DNA of 64,000 bases from Podarcis muralis (lineage: Eukaryota). Of this stretch, positions 23,596 to 35,750 are shown in pieces (positions within the stretch are counted from its first letter, which is position 1; the number at the start of each line of letters is the position of its first letter). Both the position numbers and the translations under genes were made by a program. The notes below the pieces were generated by a model, which did not search any database, had not been told where the DNA came from, and was given only the letters and a program-made list of their open reading frames with translations. Location of the stretch: positions 27,652,001 to 27,716,000 of the forward strand of contig NC_135663.1 in the NCBI RefSeq assembly GCF_964188315.1. The letters run 5' to 3'.

Positions 23596-23959
23596 TATTA
23601 AATCATATTCCAATTCAGAATTAATATTTGAAAATCCCAGTGTCATTTATGTCTCTACACAATGTAACTACAGGCTGGAATTCTCTTTCTAATCCTGAAT
23701 ACAGCAAATTGCCAGTATCATGAAAAAGAATCAGTTATCAATGTCTAATAAAAACCCCACCCAAAAACAAACAAACAAAAGAAGGCAGGTTTTGACAACC
23801 AACAAGTCTGATGGTTCTTTTATGCAAAAAGGTTAGGTACATGGATACATCTGCATTCTATTCTGCACAATAGATTGTACACATGCAAACATATTATACT
23901 GGTTAAATTACAATGGGTATTCACAAATGGTGTTTCTGGATCCATGCTTGTAATTGGAG

Positions 23960-24505
23960 TCCCAGGTGGTTGCAGTGATTAAGAGGGTCCTTTAGCAGCC
24001 GATTCTCCAACTATTGCCATTGCTGGCCTTGCTACTGTGACCCATGCACTGGTAAGTCCCCAGTTGGATTACTGCAATGCACTCTGTGTAGGGCAACCCT
24101 TATGGCTGGTTTGGAAGCAGCAGCTAGTGCAGAATACTGTAGCTAGGCTCCTAAGTAGATTATCTTAACATGTGCATGTAACAACTCTCTTAAAAGAGCT
24201 GCACTGGTTGCTAATGTGCTACTGAGCCACATTTAAGGTTATTGTACTGACTTAGAAAGCCTGAAACAACTTGGGTCTGGAGTATTTTATGGAGTTCTTC
24301 CACCCATATCATCCTACTCTGTCACTGAGGTCAGCTAGTAAGGCCCTAATGATTGCCTCATCATGGGACAACCAGGGGGAGGACCTTTTTTGTTTTACTG
24401 CCATTTCTATGGAACCATCTCCCCTCTGAGTTATGGCATATGCCCACTTTGGTGGCATTTTGGCACCTGCTGAAAACTCAGTTATTTTCCCAGGCCTTTG
24501 CTGAC
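23960..24505 (+). mobile_element. decayed L2 LINE ORF2 C-terminus
   Basis: Translates to ATVTHALV.PQLDYCNAL.VGQP, QLVQN..ARLL, L.ELHWL, FKVIVLT..KA..NLG motifs typical of L2. Confidence 0.85.
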
Positions 24506-25240
24506 AAATAAGACCATCCTGTTCTTAATCTGTTAGCTTTAGGTTTATTGTCTTTATGATTGTTATTGATTAAGCATAATCTCTTATTATTTTAAAAATT
24601 GTTGATTTTTTACATTGCGACATACACCGCTTCATTTTTTTTAAAAAAATGAAAAGCAGTATAAAAATAAATAATATAAATAAATGCTTTTCTTTAGAAT
24701 TCACTAAAATATGCTCAAGAAAGTTTTGGTGACACTTCCCAGAAATATTTCACACATCAGCTTCAAAAGATGAGAAGCCGTCTCAGGCCAGGATTCATGT
24801 TTGACTTTGTTGACCTTCTCTCTTATTCCCTGCATTCATGCATGAGTTCTCATCATATTGACATAGTCAGCATCTCCAAATGCTCAGCTACATTCTTCTC
24901 AAACCCTGTAACTCTCCAAAAAGAATAATCGAACAGACATTTGTCAATAAAATAAGCAAGAGGCTTGGAAAGCAGCCTAAGTGTCAATTCAAGATTGGAT
25001 TTCAGTTAAATTTATATTTCCAGTCTCTTGTCTATCATGTGCCTATGCTTTTAATAGACATTAGAATGGGGTGGCCAATAGTTATTGGGCACCATCTCCC
25101 CATCACCCTTGGCCATGCTGATGAGAATTAGAGTCAAACAACAGCTGGGGGACACAACGTAAACTGCCCCTGCTTTCTAGTTGCAAATGAAATGAGACAT
25201 CTATGGAGCAGAATGGAGAGGTCTAGAGCTACATAATCTG

Positions 25241-25497
25241 GTTCAAAAGCACGCCAAAAGTGCAAGTAGATAAGTAGGTACCACTCCGGCAGGAAGGTAA
25301 ACGGCATTTCCGTGCGCTGCTCTGATTTCAGTGTTCCGTTGCACCAGAAGTGGCTTAGTCATGCTGGCCACATGACCCAGAAAAACTGTCTGCAGACAAA
25401 TGCTGGTTCCCTCGGCCTGTAAAGTGAGATGAGCACCACAACCCCAGAGTCGTCTGTGACTGCACTTAACTGTCAGGGGTCCTTTACCGTTTACCTT
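25241..25497 (+). mobile_element. Sauria/Squam1 SINE, 5'-truncated
   Basis: AAAGTGCAAGTAGATAA...GTCATGCTGGCCACATGACCC...CCTTTACC tail. Confidence 0.88.
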
Positions 25498-28400
25498 GAA
25501 GTATTTCAGTGCCTTCTGTTTGATATCATGGTCCCCATACTTCCATTTAGAGGTGGTTTGAAGTCTATCCATTCCTGGGTTACAATAATCCTGTGAGAGA
25601 CAGTGACTGGCCCAGGATCATCCACCAAGCTTCATGTGATCTTACATGGTCCAAGGATGAAGGAACTAGGAGGGTGGTGGCAATGATATGATCCCTTCTT
25701 ACGTGGACTTTGCCAGGATGGCAAAGCTGGACATTTGCTAGGGCCCAAGACTAGCAAAGGAACCCCTACCCCTAATGGTGTTGACTGCTCGTTAACACTT
25801 TGTACTGAGTATCCAAGATGATCTCATGCAGTCTTAAAAAATTCTCTTTACACATTCTGCCTCTTTCAGGTTAAGAAAGCCCTTTGGGGCTGCTGTGTCA
25901 AGGGCCCCCAAAATCCTGCAGCAAAAACTGCATACAGGTAAATGCCAATTAGCCCAAAGTTCTCTCCTATATCTCACCCTTAGTATGGAAAAAGCTAACT
26001 GAAAACTTGACCAGTATCACACACCAAATAAAATGGTCATTTTAAGGTTGAAATTGTTTTTACTCGGATGCATTCCATCTGTTGTATACAACTGAGAAGT
26101 TTTTAGTGCACCTTGGTTACTTGAAACCTCATACCATGAGGCCATGAGTATAGGACATTTTCTTCTAAATTGGAAGCCAAATAACCACTCACTCATATAA
26201 CATGATTAACCCTAGATAATCACCCAGAATAGTTGCAGTATGGATCAAATGGAAACATAATTCATTTATAAATTGACAAACACTTGCAGCCTTAAAGGAA
26301 TAAGGGTTTCAAAGTAGAATAATCAAATCCATCTCTTGTCACTTTAGCAAGATTTATATGTGGATGTTGATAATTTTTCAGAAGCCCTGTCAGCATGCTT
26401 TTGAGATCAATGCCAATGAAATATTTTGTTTACAATTTAACCTCCATTTCCCCTAGAATTTGAGGGCTTTAATGCCAATAGTGTTTACATCTAACTCTAT
26501 TGATCCTGGTTGCAAATTAAATGGCAAACAAAAGCAATTGTATTGTTCTGTCAAAACAGTCTCAATGGGGAGCTGAATTCTTTATTAAAACAGAGATGTG
26601 TTGGACTGGAATGAAAGGACAGTTTCATTTACAGAATGGTTTTCAAACCGAGAAATACTTTCAGCTAGATAGATCTACCTGACGAGAGTTACAAGGGTAA
26701 TAAAAGTGAAATAGTAAATTGAATTTCTTTCTCTTGTTGTGAAGAATGAAGAAGACCTATGATCATCTTCTTCTGATAAGACATAAACATATATAAAAGA
26801 GGAACAATTGATATAAGACAAAAAGAGAGTTTGGTGAGAGGTGGGAGTAAAAAAGATCTAATTACTTTTACTGTATCATGCCCATTTTCTTCCAACAGGT
26901 ATGGATGTTGAAGTGGGAGGTACCTAAAGCCCAGTTAATAAAGTATTGGACTGCTTCATGGAGGCCTAGCCTTTCTAAAGCTCTTGAAGAAAGCTGGGCA
27001 GGATTTTTGAAGGACAGCAGGTTAAGTAATCAGGCAATTAGCAGAATATGTCTTATCCTTTTTAAAGAGTGTTGGCCTGGAGTTCTTCTGGCTTTATCAC
27101 AGTGTTCTCCAATGTCTTGTTGGGATACTGCCAGGGAGACAAAGTCCATCATGGCCCCCAAGCCAGCTGCCGGACGATCCATCGATCTCCCGTAGACACG
27201 CAGTATCAGCAATTAGCGACACGAGCTCCAGAAATAGTCCCACATTCTGGAACTGATGCACACTCTTATCAACAGATAATGCACAGCAAAAGATGCACGC
27301 AGGAGAGCATATTTACAAGTTTATGCAGCGTTGGTCAGAACAAAGAAAAAACATGACCGCCTGCTTCAGTGTTCAGGCACGAAGAGGGAAACAAAAGCAA
27401 AGAGACAACAGAAATATCCTGTGAAACAGGAAATATGCAGGCTGTGACACAAACATCCTGCTCCCTTTTAAGGTGGAACGGAAATATCCTAACATGTCTT
27501 CCAGTTGTTTTTGACTCCAGTTGTCATGAGTTGCAGCCTGCAAGGTCAGGTGTAATGGGGATTGATGTACAAACCATCTGGAGTATAAAAAGTTTGGGGA
27601 AGACTACTTTAGGGCTCTGTGCTTCTTCAATTCTTTTTTTATCTGCTGTTTCCTGTGACAAGCTGCTTGGGATGATGTGTGACTATGTGTGACTTCCCCC
27701 TCTGGCAGATATTTCAATGGCGCATTGCTTCACTGGGGATTTCCCAAAGGGTTTTCTCCTCAGTTTAATCTCAGTAGAAGCCATCTGTCCCTGAACTGAG
27801 CAGGCTGCTGGTCCGGAACTGGCTGCTTGCTGGGATGGTGTGGTGGTGAGACAGGGTGGTGGAAGCTGGGGTGGCTTGGGCACACCAGCAGGAGTGTCAA
27901 ATTGGCTCCACTGGTGTGCCTATATCATCTTGACATTACTGCTGCCCTGTCTCAGTAAGCTGCAGTGAGGCTTCCAGTCCCACATCAGGACTGTGTCCCT
28001 TATGGAGAATGAGGGATGCTCAGGAAAGCCTTACCAGCTCCACTGCTGCACAACAGCCCTGCAGTGCTGTCAGATGCATAGCTGTCAACTTTTCCCTTTT
28101 CTTGCGAGGAATCCTATTCGGAATAAGGGAATTTCTCTTTAAAAAGGGGGGAAAGTTGACTGCTATGGTCAGATGGGTCTTACTATCCAGTACTTGCTGC
28201 TACCTAGCCCCTGTCTTTTAGTCATTTCCAGCCCAAGAAACAAGAGGGGAAACCAGAAATATCCAATTAATTGTAAAGTAATTGTAAATCCAGCTGTCCA
28301 GCGCTCTGTTTCTCCACAATAATAGAGCAAATTACTGGCTTTTCCAGCCCTGGTTGTAGACCTCCAATAGCGTGAAACCAAAAGCAATCTAGGTGCATGG

Positions 28401-28782
28401 GGATTTCCAAATCCCAAGACCAGCAAGTGCACACATACCACTCTAGTCCAATTGTGCAACTTTATTATTAATATAAGGAAGAGAGCAATAAGGTCCAGCA
28501 TAAATACTGAGAGCAAAAAGGAGCTAAACAACTCCAAAAACTGACTACAACTATCTAAATTAATAGCAGCACAATCATCTCAGCAAAGACAGTCAGCTTC
28601 CCTGTGGCAATGAAAGATCTGTTCTGGACCTCTAATGGAACAAAGCTGAAATGGCAGCCCCTCTCCTTGGAAGGAGTGTCCCCTGGCTCTTTTGAACCAA
28701 TGAGAGACACAGCCAGTTTGTCAGAGACCAATGTCCTTTATCACACATGGCTTCTGTTTGGGAGTGGACCACCCACAAAATT

Positions 28783-28918
28783 GAACAGAAATCGTGCTCA
28801 GGCGGCGCAGCAGGAGCAGGAGGCCCCATTAGCTAAAGTGGTGCTTCAGGTTAAGAACAGTTTCAGGTTAAGTACGGACCTACGGAACGAATTAAGTACT
28901 TAACCTGAGGTACCACTG
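28783..28918 (+). mobile_element. family A MITE, 3' half only
   Basis: GAACAGAAATCGTGCTC...GAGGTACCACTG|TA; left TIR absent. Confidence 0.88.
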
Positions 28919-29981
28919 TATTATATGTACTTTAGGTAAACTGATATTATGGATGATTCTAAATAGAGATGATACTTTTCAGCATAGTTAGGAGTTTTAT
29001 AGTGAGGTGGTAAAATACTTATGAGTCCAACAGCTTTCTAGTGTAGATCAGCTCAATAAAATCCAGAAGACTAATGGGGCAGGGTGAGGAAGTAACTCAT
29101 TTCATACCCCCCCCCCAAAAAAGGAGACAGACTCAAGACAGGTGACTGAGGTTCAGATTTCTATTCATGATAGACAAAACCAAAAGACCCTGGGGGCGAT
29201 GGAAGGTTCTATACTTTCCTAAGCAATATACATAATGAACACAAATGCCACTGAGTTGAATTTTAATTGCTGTCATTCAAAGCCATCAAGTATTCTGTTT
29301 CTTCTGCACCCAACTAGGCTTTAATTGCCTTTTATCCATTTTTCCAAACCTTGCTGTTTGCTTCACCTTTCAAATGTAAATAGGAATCCAAAGAGCCTGT
29401 TCCAAAGTAATCCTATCCTGGACATCAATGAGAGGAATTGTGTTGTGTATTGTAGCTAGAGGCTATGTCATAAAAAGGTATAAAACTAGCACTGAGACCA
29501 ACAAACATTTCCCTCCCCATATTTTCAGTCTTCCTCTCTTCCTCCCAGTTGATGTTTGGAGTGGGTGAAAGCTGAACACTCAGCACGAGATGTGTAACAG
29601 TGGGATACATTGAGGAATGTTTGCATTACAGCTAAAAGGTGATGGATATGGGGCACTGGAGTCAAGCTAAGCTTCTGTTCAAGGCAATCTGGTATGTCTG
29701 AATATGAGGATCAATGAATGGAGGGTGCATTGTGCAGACTGGCTAGGCTGAGTTGACTGCATCTAGCTGAAAGGACCAAAATGGGTAAAAGTGAACAGGA
29801 TGGCTTGAACAGCATGAGGCAGATAGCCACAGAGCAGGGCCATAGAGTCAAAAGTGCTTCAGAGACTTCTTGCACTGTATCACAATGCTCATTCTGTCTC
29901 CTTTTAGTAAGTTTAGACAAGAGGAACTGGCAAAAATGTATTCTGTACTCAGGGAGTCTAGAGTAGGGTGAATTAGATGTT

Positions 29982-30080
29982 CATAAGAAGAGCCCTGCTG
30001 GATCAGCCAGAAGGCCTGTTTGGTCCAGCACCCTACCTTCATAGTGGCCAGATGCAAGCAGGACCTGAGTGCAGAATAGG
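29982..30080 (+). mobile_element. ancient squamate SINE / LINE-tail fragment
   Basis: CATAAGAAGAGCCCTGCTGGATCAG...GTCCAGCA...CAAGCAGGACCTGAG. Confidence 0.55.
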
Positions 30081-30128
30081 AGCTTTGAGAACTGCAGTTC
30101 CAATATTGGCAAACTTAAGGATGCTCTG

Positions 30129-30198
30129 TGCTTGGTGTGCTCTGGTCCATGGGGTCATGAAGAGTTGGACACGACTAAACGACTAAACAACAACAAAG
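30129..30198 (+). mobile_element. Bov-B 3' terminal fragment
   Basis: GCTCTGGTCCATGGGGTCATGAAGAGTTGGACACGACTAAACGACTAAACAACAACAA matches the 3' end of the copy at 38311-39193. Confidence 0.88.
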
Positions 30199-31208
30199 GA
30201 TATAAGAAATGCTGCTTCTGATCTGAACGTCTGTGGCCCTCAGTTGGGTTGATGGTTTCTGATTAAGCTTGTTGTCAGCCTTTGACATTCTGCCACAGTT
30301 GACAGATCTTATGCGGTACCTGCGAATTACTCACTCCTTACTACACACAACAGATCAGGCAATATTTCATAGACAGGAAAGACCCTACATAATCCATAAG
30401 TAATATACTCGTTAGTAAAAAGAGAGAGAAGAAATTGGGTGTGTGTGATATTTATCTCTCTATACTTCCTTGAACAGAGGAAAAGACCACAAAGGAAGAT
30501 TTTACCAAAAGCTTTTTAATTATAAAACACTTATGTGGTTTATTGTAATATGAAAATTAATGTTTAAAGGGCACTGAGTGATGAGGTTTCAGGCTCTGGG
30601 ATCATATAGATTAATCTGCTCATTAAGATGCTGATCAGCCAATTTGGGTCTTCCCATGGTTTAAAAAGTTCTAATATATTTAACACTAGGGGTTGAGTCA
30701 TCATAGGAGTTTTGTAAGTCAAGTGAGATTGATATCCTTGTAGGGGCTGACTGGTTTTGCTTTTTGACTTTATTTAATTAAGTAAGCGGGAGTTGGCTAA
30801 ATTGCATTTTCTATCTTCACTCCACAGACCAGCCATGTAAGTATAAAGCTGTCACTGATGTGCTATGAGCGCATGATTTTAATCTACCCAAAATAAATTG
30901 GATATCCATATATTTTATGACAATCATAGTTGCCAGCATGCAGGAGTTGTTTGGAAAGCACAATTTAGCCATATGTCTAGGTGTTTCATTTACAAACATT
31001 TTAATAAGAGCATTGATCATGCTGAATACAGAATCTAAAAAGTAGTAATATACCATAAGAGCAATTCCATTGTACAAGCAGTGCATTTTTATTTCCCAGA
31101 GGTACTACATTAATTCAGCCCTCTCACAAACAGTATTAGGTGGAATTGGGTATTTAAAAGCCCTGATCCTTAAACATAGTACACATGAACGTAGATCAAT
31201 CAAGATGG

Positions 31209-31549
31209 AAAGTAAAAAGGTAAAGGGACCCCTGACCATTAGGTCCAGTTGTGGCTGACTCTGGGGTTGTGGCGCTCATCTCGCTTTATTGGCCGAGGGA
31301 GCCGGCGTACAGCTTCCGGATCATGTGGCGAGCATGACTAAGCCGCTTCTGGCAAACCAGAGCAGCGCACGGAAACGCCGTTTACCTTCACACCGGAACG
31401 GTACCTATTTATCTACTTGCACTTTGACATGCTTTCGAATGTGCTAGGTTGACAGGAGCAGGGACCCAGCAACAGGAGCTCACCCCGTCATGGGGATTTG
31501 AACCACCGACCTTCTGATCAGCAAGTCCAAGGCTCTGTGGTTTAACCCA
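31209..31549 (-). mobile_element. Sauria/Squam1 SINE
   Basis: AAGGTAAAGGGACCCCTGACC...GGCTCTGTGGTTTAACCCA. Confidence 0.92.
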
Positions 31550-31719
31550 TTGTATCATGGGCATTGATACTCAGCATTGTATCATGATGAGGACATCAAC
31601 AGATGGGAAATGTTTGCCAACCAAAGAAAGAAAAGGATGCAGACCAGTTTGAGCTGGTTTAGCAGCTAAAGGAGTTCATGGGCATACTCTGGAGTTGCCC
31701 TTTTAGGTGGTCTGGAAGG

Positions 31720-31960
31720 TGAAAGTTGTGCAAAATGCCAAGGCCAGAGTGCTAGTGGATTCTCCAGGTCATTCGCATAATGTATAACATCAATTCTGAA
31801 ACAATTTGCCTGTTGTCTTCTGGATCACTGGATAGGCTTTCTTGACAGTGGCTTCATGATTTTGGAATGGCCTCCCCTCTGAGGTGTGTCTCACCATGAC
31901 AATGTCATCATTTTGTTGGAAGGCAAAGACACACCTCTTTGCCCAAGCTTTTCAGAAATG
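31720..31960 (+). mobile_element. very old L2 fragment
   Basis: GTGCAAAATGC..GGCCAGA and TGGAATGGCCTCCCCTCTGAGGT...AAGACACACCTCTTT resemble L2 3' ORF/UTR motifs. Confidence 0.45.
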
Positions 31961-32000
31961 GTGAGGTGAACTGCTGCTGGTTTAATTTCTAACTGGAATC

Positions 32001-32581
32001 TGTTAGGATTCTTGCTCTGTGCTTGAAGTCATGGGATTGTTGTTATCACATGACGGTGTATGTTTTCATTCCACATAGTGGGGAGTGACAGAGACAGGAT
32101 GTTTTGGTGTTACTGTGTTCTGTGATGTGGGACTATTGTCCTTTGTTCTTTCTCTTTGCTTAAGGTTACAAGATATTTTTCAATGAATCCAGGGACACGT
32201 TTCTACTTCATTAGGAATGATAGGATTTTGTCAGGGGACTGATTTGTAAATCCAGGGGCTGTCCCTGGGAAACAGGGACATCTGGTAACCTTATATTTGC
32301 TGTCTGATGAGAAAGAGGAAGGGGCTAAGTCAGAATGCTCCGAGTGTATTATATGTAAATAAAGTATATTAGCCAAAATCTTGTGCTGCTGAGTTTGTTA
32401 CGTGAACTGCTAACACTCTGCTGTTCCTAAGCATGCTAATGCCTCTTGGCATCAGTCACTGTGATGTTCGGGCTGGAGAAAGCTTTTGAAGCTCCTGAAT
32501 GACCAACCAAGAGGGAGAGAAAATGCCAGTCGGGCATGTGTCTCTGCCGGGGTCCTACACACAAGTAGGATGATCTTAACA
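32001..32581 (+). mobile_element. solo LTR containing a nested hAT MITE
   Basis: GAATC|TGTTAGG...CTTAACA|GAATC: inverted termini, 5-bp TSD, AATAAA near 32358. Confidence 0.8.
32161..32293. mobile_element. hAT MITE (TAAGGTTAC TIR)
   Basis: TAAGGTTACAAGAT...ATCTGGTAACCTTA; TSD TCTTTGCT/TATTTGCT (7/8). Confidence 0.8.
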
Positions 32582-33204
32582 GAATCTGGAATTCTGTTTT
32601 ATTTTCTGATAATTCTGTTGTTTCTTTTTTTTAAATTGTTTTTGAAGTGTATATGCATTTCCACCCTGGGACCTTCAGGTGAAGGACAGATTACAATTAT
32701 GTCCAGTTAATAAATAAATAAATTTATGAATCAGAAATATATACTTTTCCTGTATTCACTGCAAAAAGTACCTCTGAAGTTGGATATTTATTCTAATAAG
32801 GGCACTTGATACAAAAAGACTAAAGTTAGAAATCTATTGATCACTGTCAGGAAACAAAGATTCCTCCCCCCTTTAATGTACAAAGACTTCATATTTGACC
32901 TGGTTTCCATTTATGGAAGTTTTGTAGATTGTGGACCTGAAGGAATGCTTAATGAGAGTCCCAGTTCACCAAGGGTTTGTGCATTCAATCTTCCTAGAGA
33001 ACGGACTAAAAAATTCATTGGCTTAAAAATGTAGGCATTAGCTTCCCTATTTTGTAAATCTGGGGAAATATTGAACCTAATCAAATAATTTAGCCATCTA
33101 GTTCACAAAGTGTATTTCCCCCTGCCAAGAAAGAATATCTATTTTACATTGATTGGTGTTTTTATTAGGTATTTTATATTTTTGTAATGATCTTACTCCT
33201 TGCT

Positions 33205-33350
33205 TCCAAGGATCTCGTGGTGGCATACATGGTTCTCTTACCACAACAACCCTGTGAGGTAAGTTCTGCTAAAAGAGGATAACTAGCCCAAGATCACTCA
33301 GTGAGCTTCATAGCTGAGTGGGAATTTTTACCCCATCTTCTGGCTCCTAG
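33205..33350 (-). mobile_element. Squam3-like tRNA-derived SINE fragment
   Basis: CCACAACAACCCTGTGAGGTAAG...GCCCAAGATCACTCAGTGAGCTTCATAGCTGAGTGGGAA, antisense to the 58470 family. Confidence 0.6.
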
Positions 33351-33450
33351 TATTTTTATTAGTTTGTTATTTTATTAGTGAAAGATTCCAAGGTTTTTTT
33401 TATAAAAAAAATATTAAATAGGATACATAAATATATTCATGAACAGTGTA

Positions 33451-33666
33451 CAGTGGTACCTCGGGTTACATACGCTTCAGGTTACAGACCAGAAATAGTG
33501 CTTCACGTTAAGAACTTTGCTTCAGGATAAGAACAGAAATCGTGCTCTGGCGGCACGGCGGCAGCAGGAGGCCCCATTAGCTAAAGTGGTGCTTCAGGTT
33601 AAGAACAGTTTCAGGTTAAGAATGGACCTCTGGAAAGAATTAAGTACTTAACCCGAGGTATCACTG
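33451..33666 (+). mobile_element. family A MITE (small internal deletion)
   Basis: TA|CAGTGGTACCTC...GAGGTATCACTG|TA. Confidence 0.92.
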
Positions 33667-34195
33667 TACTCCTATGCACATGTAATCATAAAGTCCACTG
33701 AGTTCAGTGGGGCCAACTGCCATGTAAGTGTGCTTAAGAATAATGCCTCAGTAAGAATGAGGGAAGGAAATAAATCTATAGGCTACCATTTTAACAGTCA
33801 TGCCCCCCCTGGAATTCTGGGAACTGTAATTTGTTAAGGGTGCTGAGAGTTGTTGGGAGACCCCCTGTTCCCTTCACAGAACCATGCTTGCCAAGACTGA
33901 TTGGAGTTGCAGTTCAGCAAGCTCTGTATGGCCAAAGGTTCCTCACATCTTCTTACATAGTTACATATGGAACAAATATAAGGCAATGAATAAAATACAG
34001 CAGGAATTTGAGGGTAATAATCATGCCATGTTGTTCAGCACAGATAAGAGCACTTCTGCATAAGGATGAATAACAAGGATGAAATTACAAGAAGATCTTA
34101 GCTCTGTTGTAGACAATGTTTGCGTTCAAAAGGTCTCAGGTTCAATCTGTGGCATCTCTAGTTTAAAAAGATCAGTGAGTAGAAAGACCAAATGC

Positions 34196-34436
34196 TAGGA
34201 TGGCCATATTTCAAAAGGTGAAAATCCAGACACAAAAGTTGTTGAGCTCATTTTGGAAAAGATTTTGATGTTTTTGAAAAAAAATTTTTAAGGAAAATGA
34301 GAATAAACGACACTGCTGACAGGGGTTGCCATATGTCTGGATTTTCCTGGGCATTTTGACGATTTTCAACCACACACTGCTTCCGGCTGCAGTATTCTGG
34401 ATATGTCTGGGAAATTAAGTATGTATAGCAATACTA
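34196..34436. mobile_element. hAT MITE (TAGGGTTGCCATA family)
   Basis: TAGGATGGCCATA...TATAGCAATACTA with perfect 8-bp TSD CCAAATGC (34188-34195, 34437-34444); same family as 53398. Confidence 0.85.
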
Positions 34437-34764
34437 CCAAATGCCTGAGATGTTGGAGAACTGTGGGTAGTCAGAGTAGACCATACTGGGCTAAGTGGAC
34501 AAATCTGACCTAGTATAAAGTATATTGGTGAAAATTCTACACCAACAGAAGTCATGATCATGTAAGTGAACCATTAGTCAAACAGTCATTCTAATATTGT
34601 TATAAGTTTGTTGGGGGTGCAGATTCCCCAAAGTTCTTACATTTAATAAATGCTGAGAGCCAGATATTGTATTTAGCAAAAGTGCTAAAATATAGGTGAG
34701 ACCAGTTTTCTGGGACCAGGAAGCTACTTGGCAGGGGGGGGGGGGGCATCAACCTAACAAGGGG

Positions 34765-34934
34765 ACTTAGCTAGATTGATAAAGAAAAAAACATTTTATA
34801 TGTGTTGTATATACAATATAACACTGTGACACCAGATGACACACAGATGGTCCCATCTCTCCCCACTGGATTTCCCTGTGTGAGTTTACAACACGTTTAA
34901 CTGAATCACTTCTTTGACATGTCTAGATCCAGCC
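34765..34934. mobile_element. unclassified ~170-bp repeat (second copy)
   Basis: Collinear similarity to 12024-12195; flanks AGGGG/AGGGA. Confidence 0.55.
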
Positions 34935-35299
34935 AGGGAGAGAAGTGATCAGTATAAGTAAGGCTGTTGTGCAGATGGCTGTGTAGTTTGGAAAACAATG
35001 GGAAAGTCGGCAGGTTTGTTGCCGTGATGCTACAGGAGAATTGTGCTTTTTGCACCAGTCTCAGAATGGCTGGGGCTGAAGGGGAAGGGCTGCATTTGGC
35101 AGGCATTCTGGGAATAAGGATGAGGAGTTGAGGAGAACACCATGAGGGGGCTGAAGGGCAACAACCAAATGAGCTGGCTGGGAAGCAGAAACAAAGGGAT
35201 GGTGCTTAGGGTGACTCTGTCTAAAATGCTGGGCTGCTATGAAGAACAAGCCACTCTTGAGATGACAATGCTTTAAGATCTGGACCTCCATCTATACTC

Positions 35300-35750
35300 A
35301 TGTGTCATGTTGTGTGGATGCCCTGATGATTGTCTTCCAAAGCAACTACTCTATTCCGAACTCAAAAATGGAAAGCGTAATGCTGGTGGTCAACAAAAGA
35401 GTTTCAAAGACTGTCTCAAGGCAAAAAAATGTAGTATAAACACTGACAACTGGGAAACACAACACTGGCCTGCAAGCGCTCCAGTTGGAGAACAGCCTTT
35501 ACCAAAGGTGTCATTTGCTTTGAAGACACTCAAACTCAGGACGCAAGGGAGAAACATGCTAAAAGGAAGGCACGCTTGGCAAATCTACACCGTGATCAAC
35601 TCCTGTCTGTAAACCAATGTCCCCACTGTGGAAAGATGTGTGGATCCAAAATTGGCCTCCACAGTCACTTACAGACTCATTGTTAAAACCATGTTTATGG
35701 AAGACAATCTTGCACAGCTATGAGTGATCACAGAAGGAGGAGGAGAAGGA
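35300..35750 (+). mobile_element. RTE-clade LINE 3' end (non-Bov-B, C-terminal CCHH finger)
   Basis: Translates to PDD.LPKQLLYSELKNGKRNAGGQQK.FKDCLK and CPHCGK.CGSKIGLHSHL.TH; nearly the same sequence as 56625-56886. Confidence 0.85.

Noticed and set aside
25871-25938. Plus-strand exon-like segment (TTTCAG|...CAG|GTAAAT)
   Set aside because: Overlaps sequence resembling a MITE end (GGGCCCCCAAAATCCTG); insufficient support.
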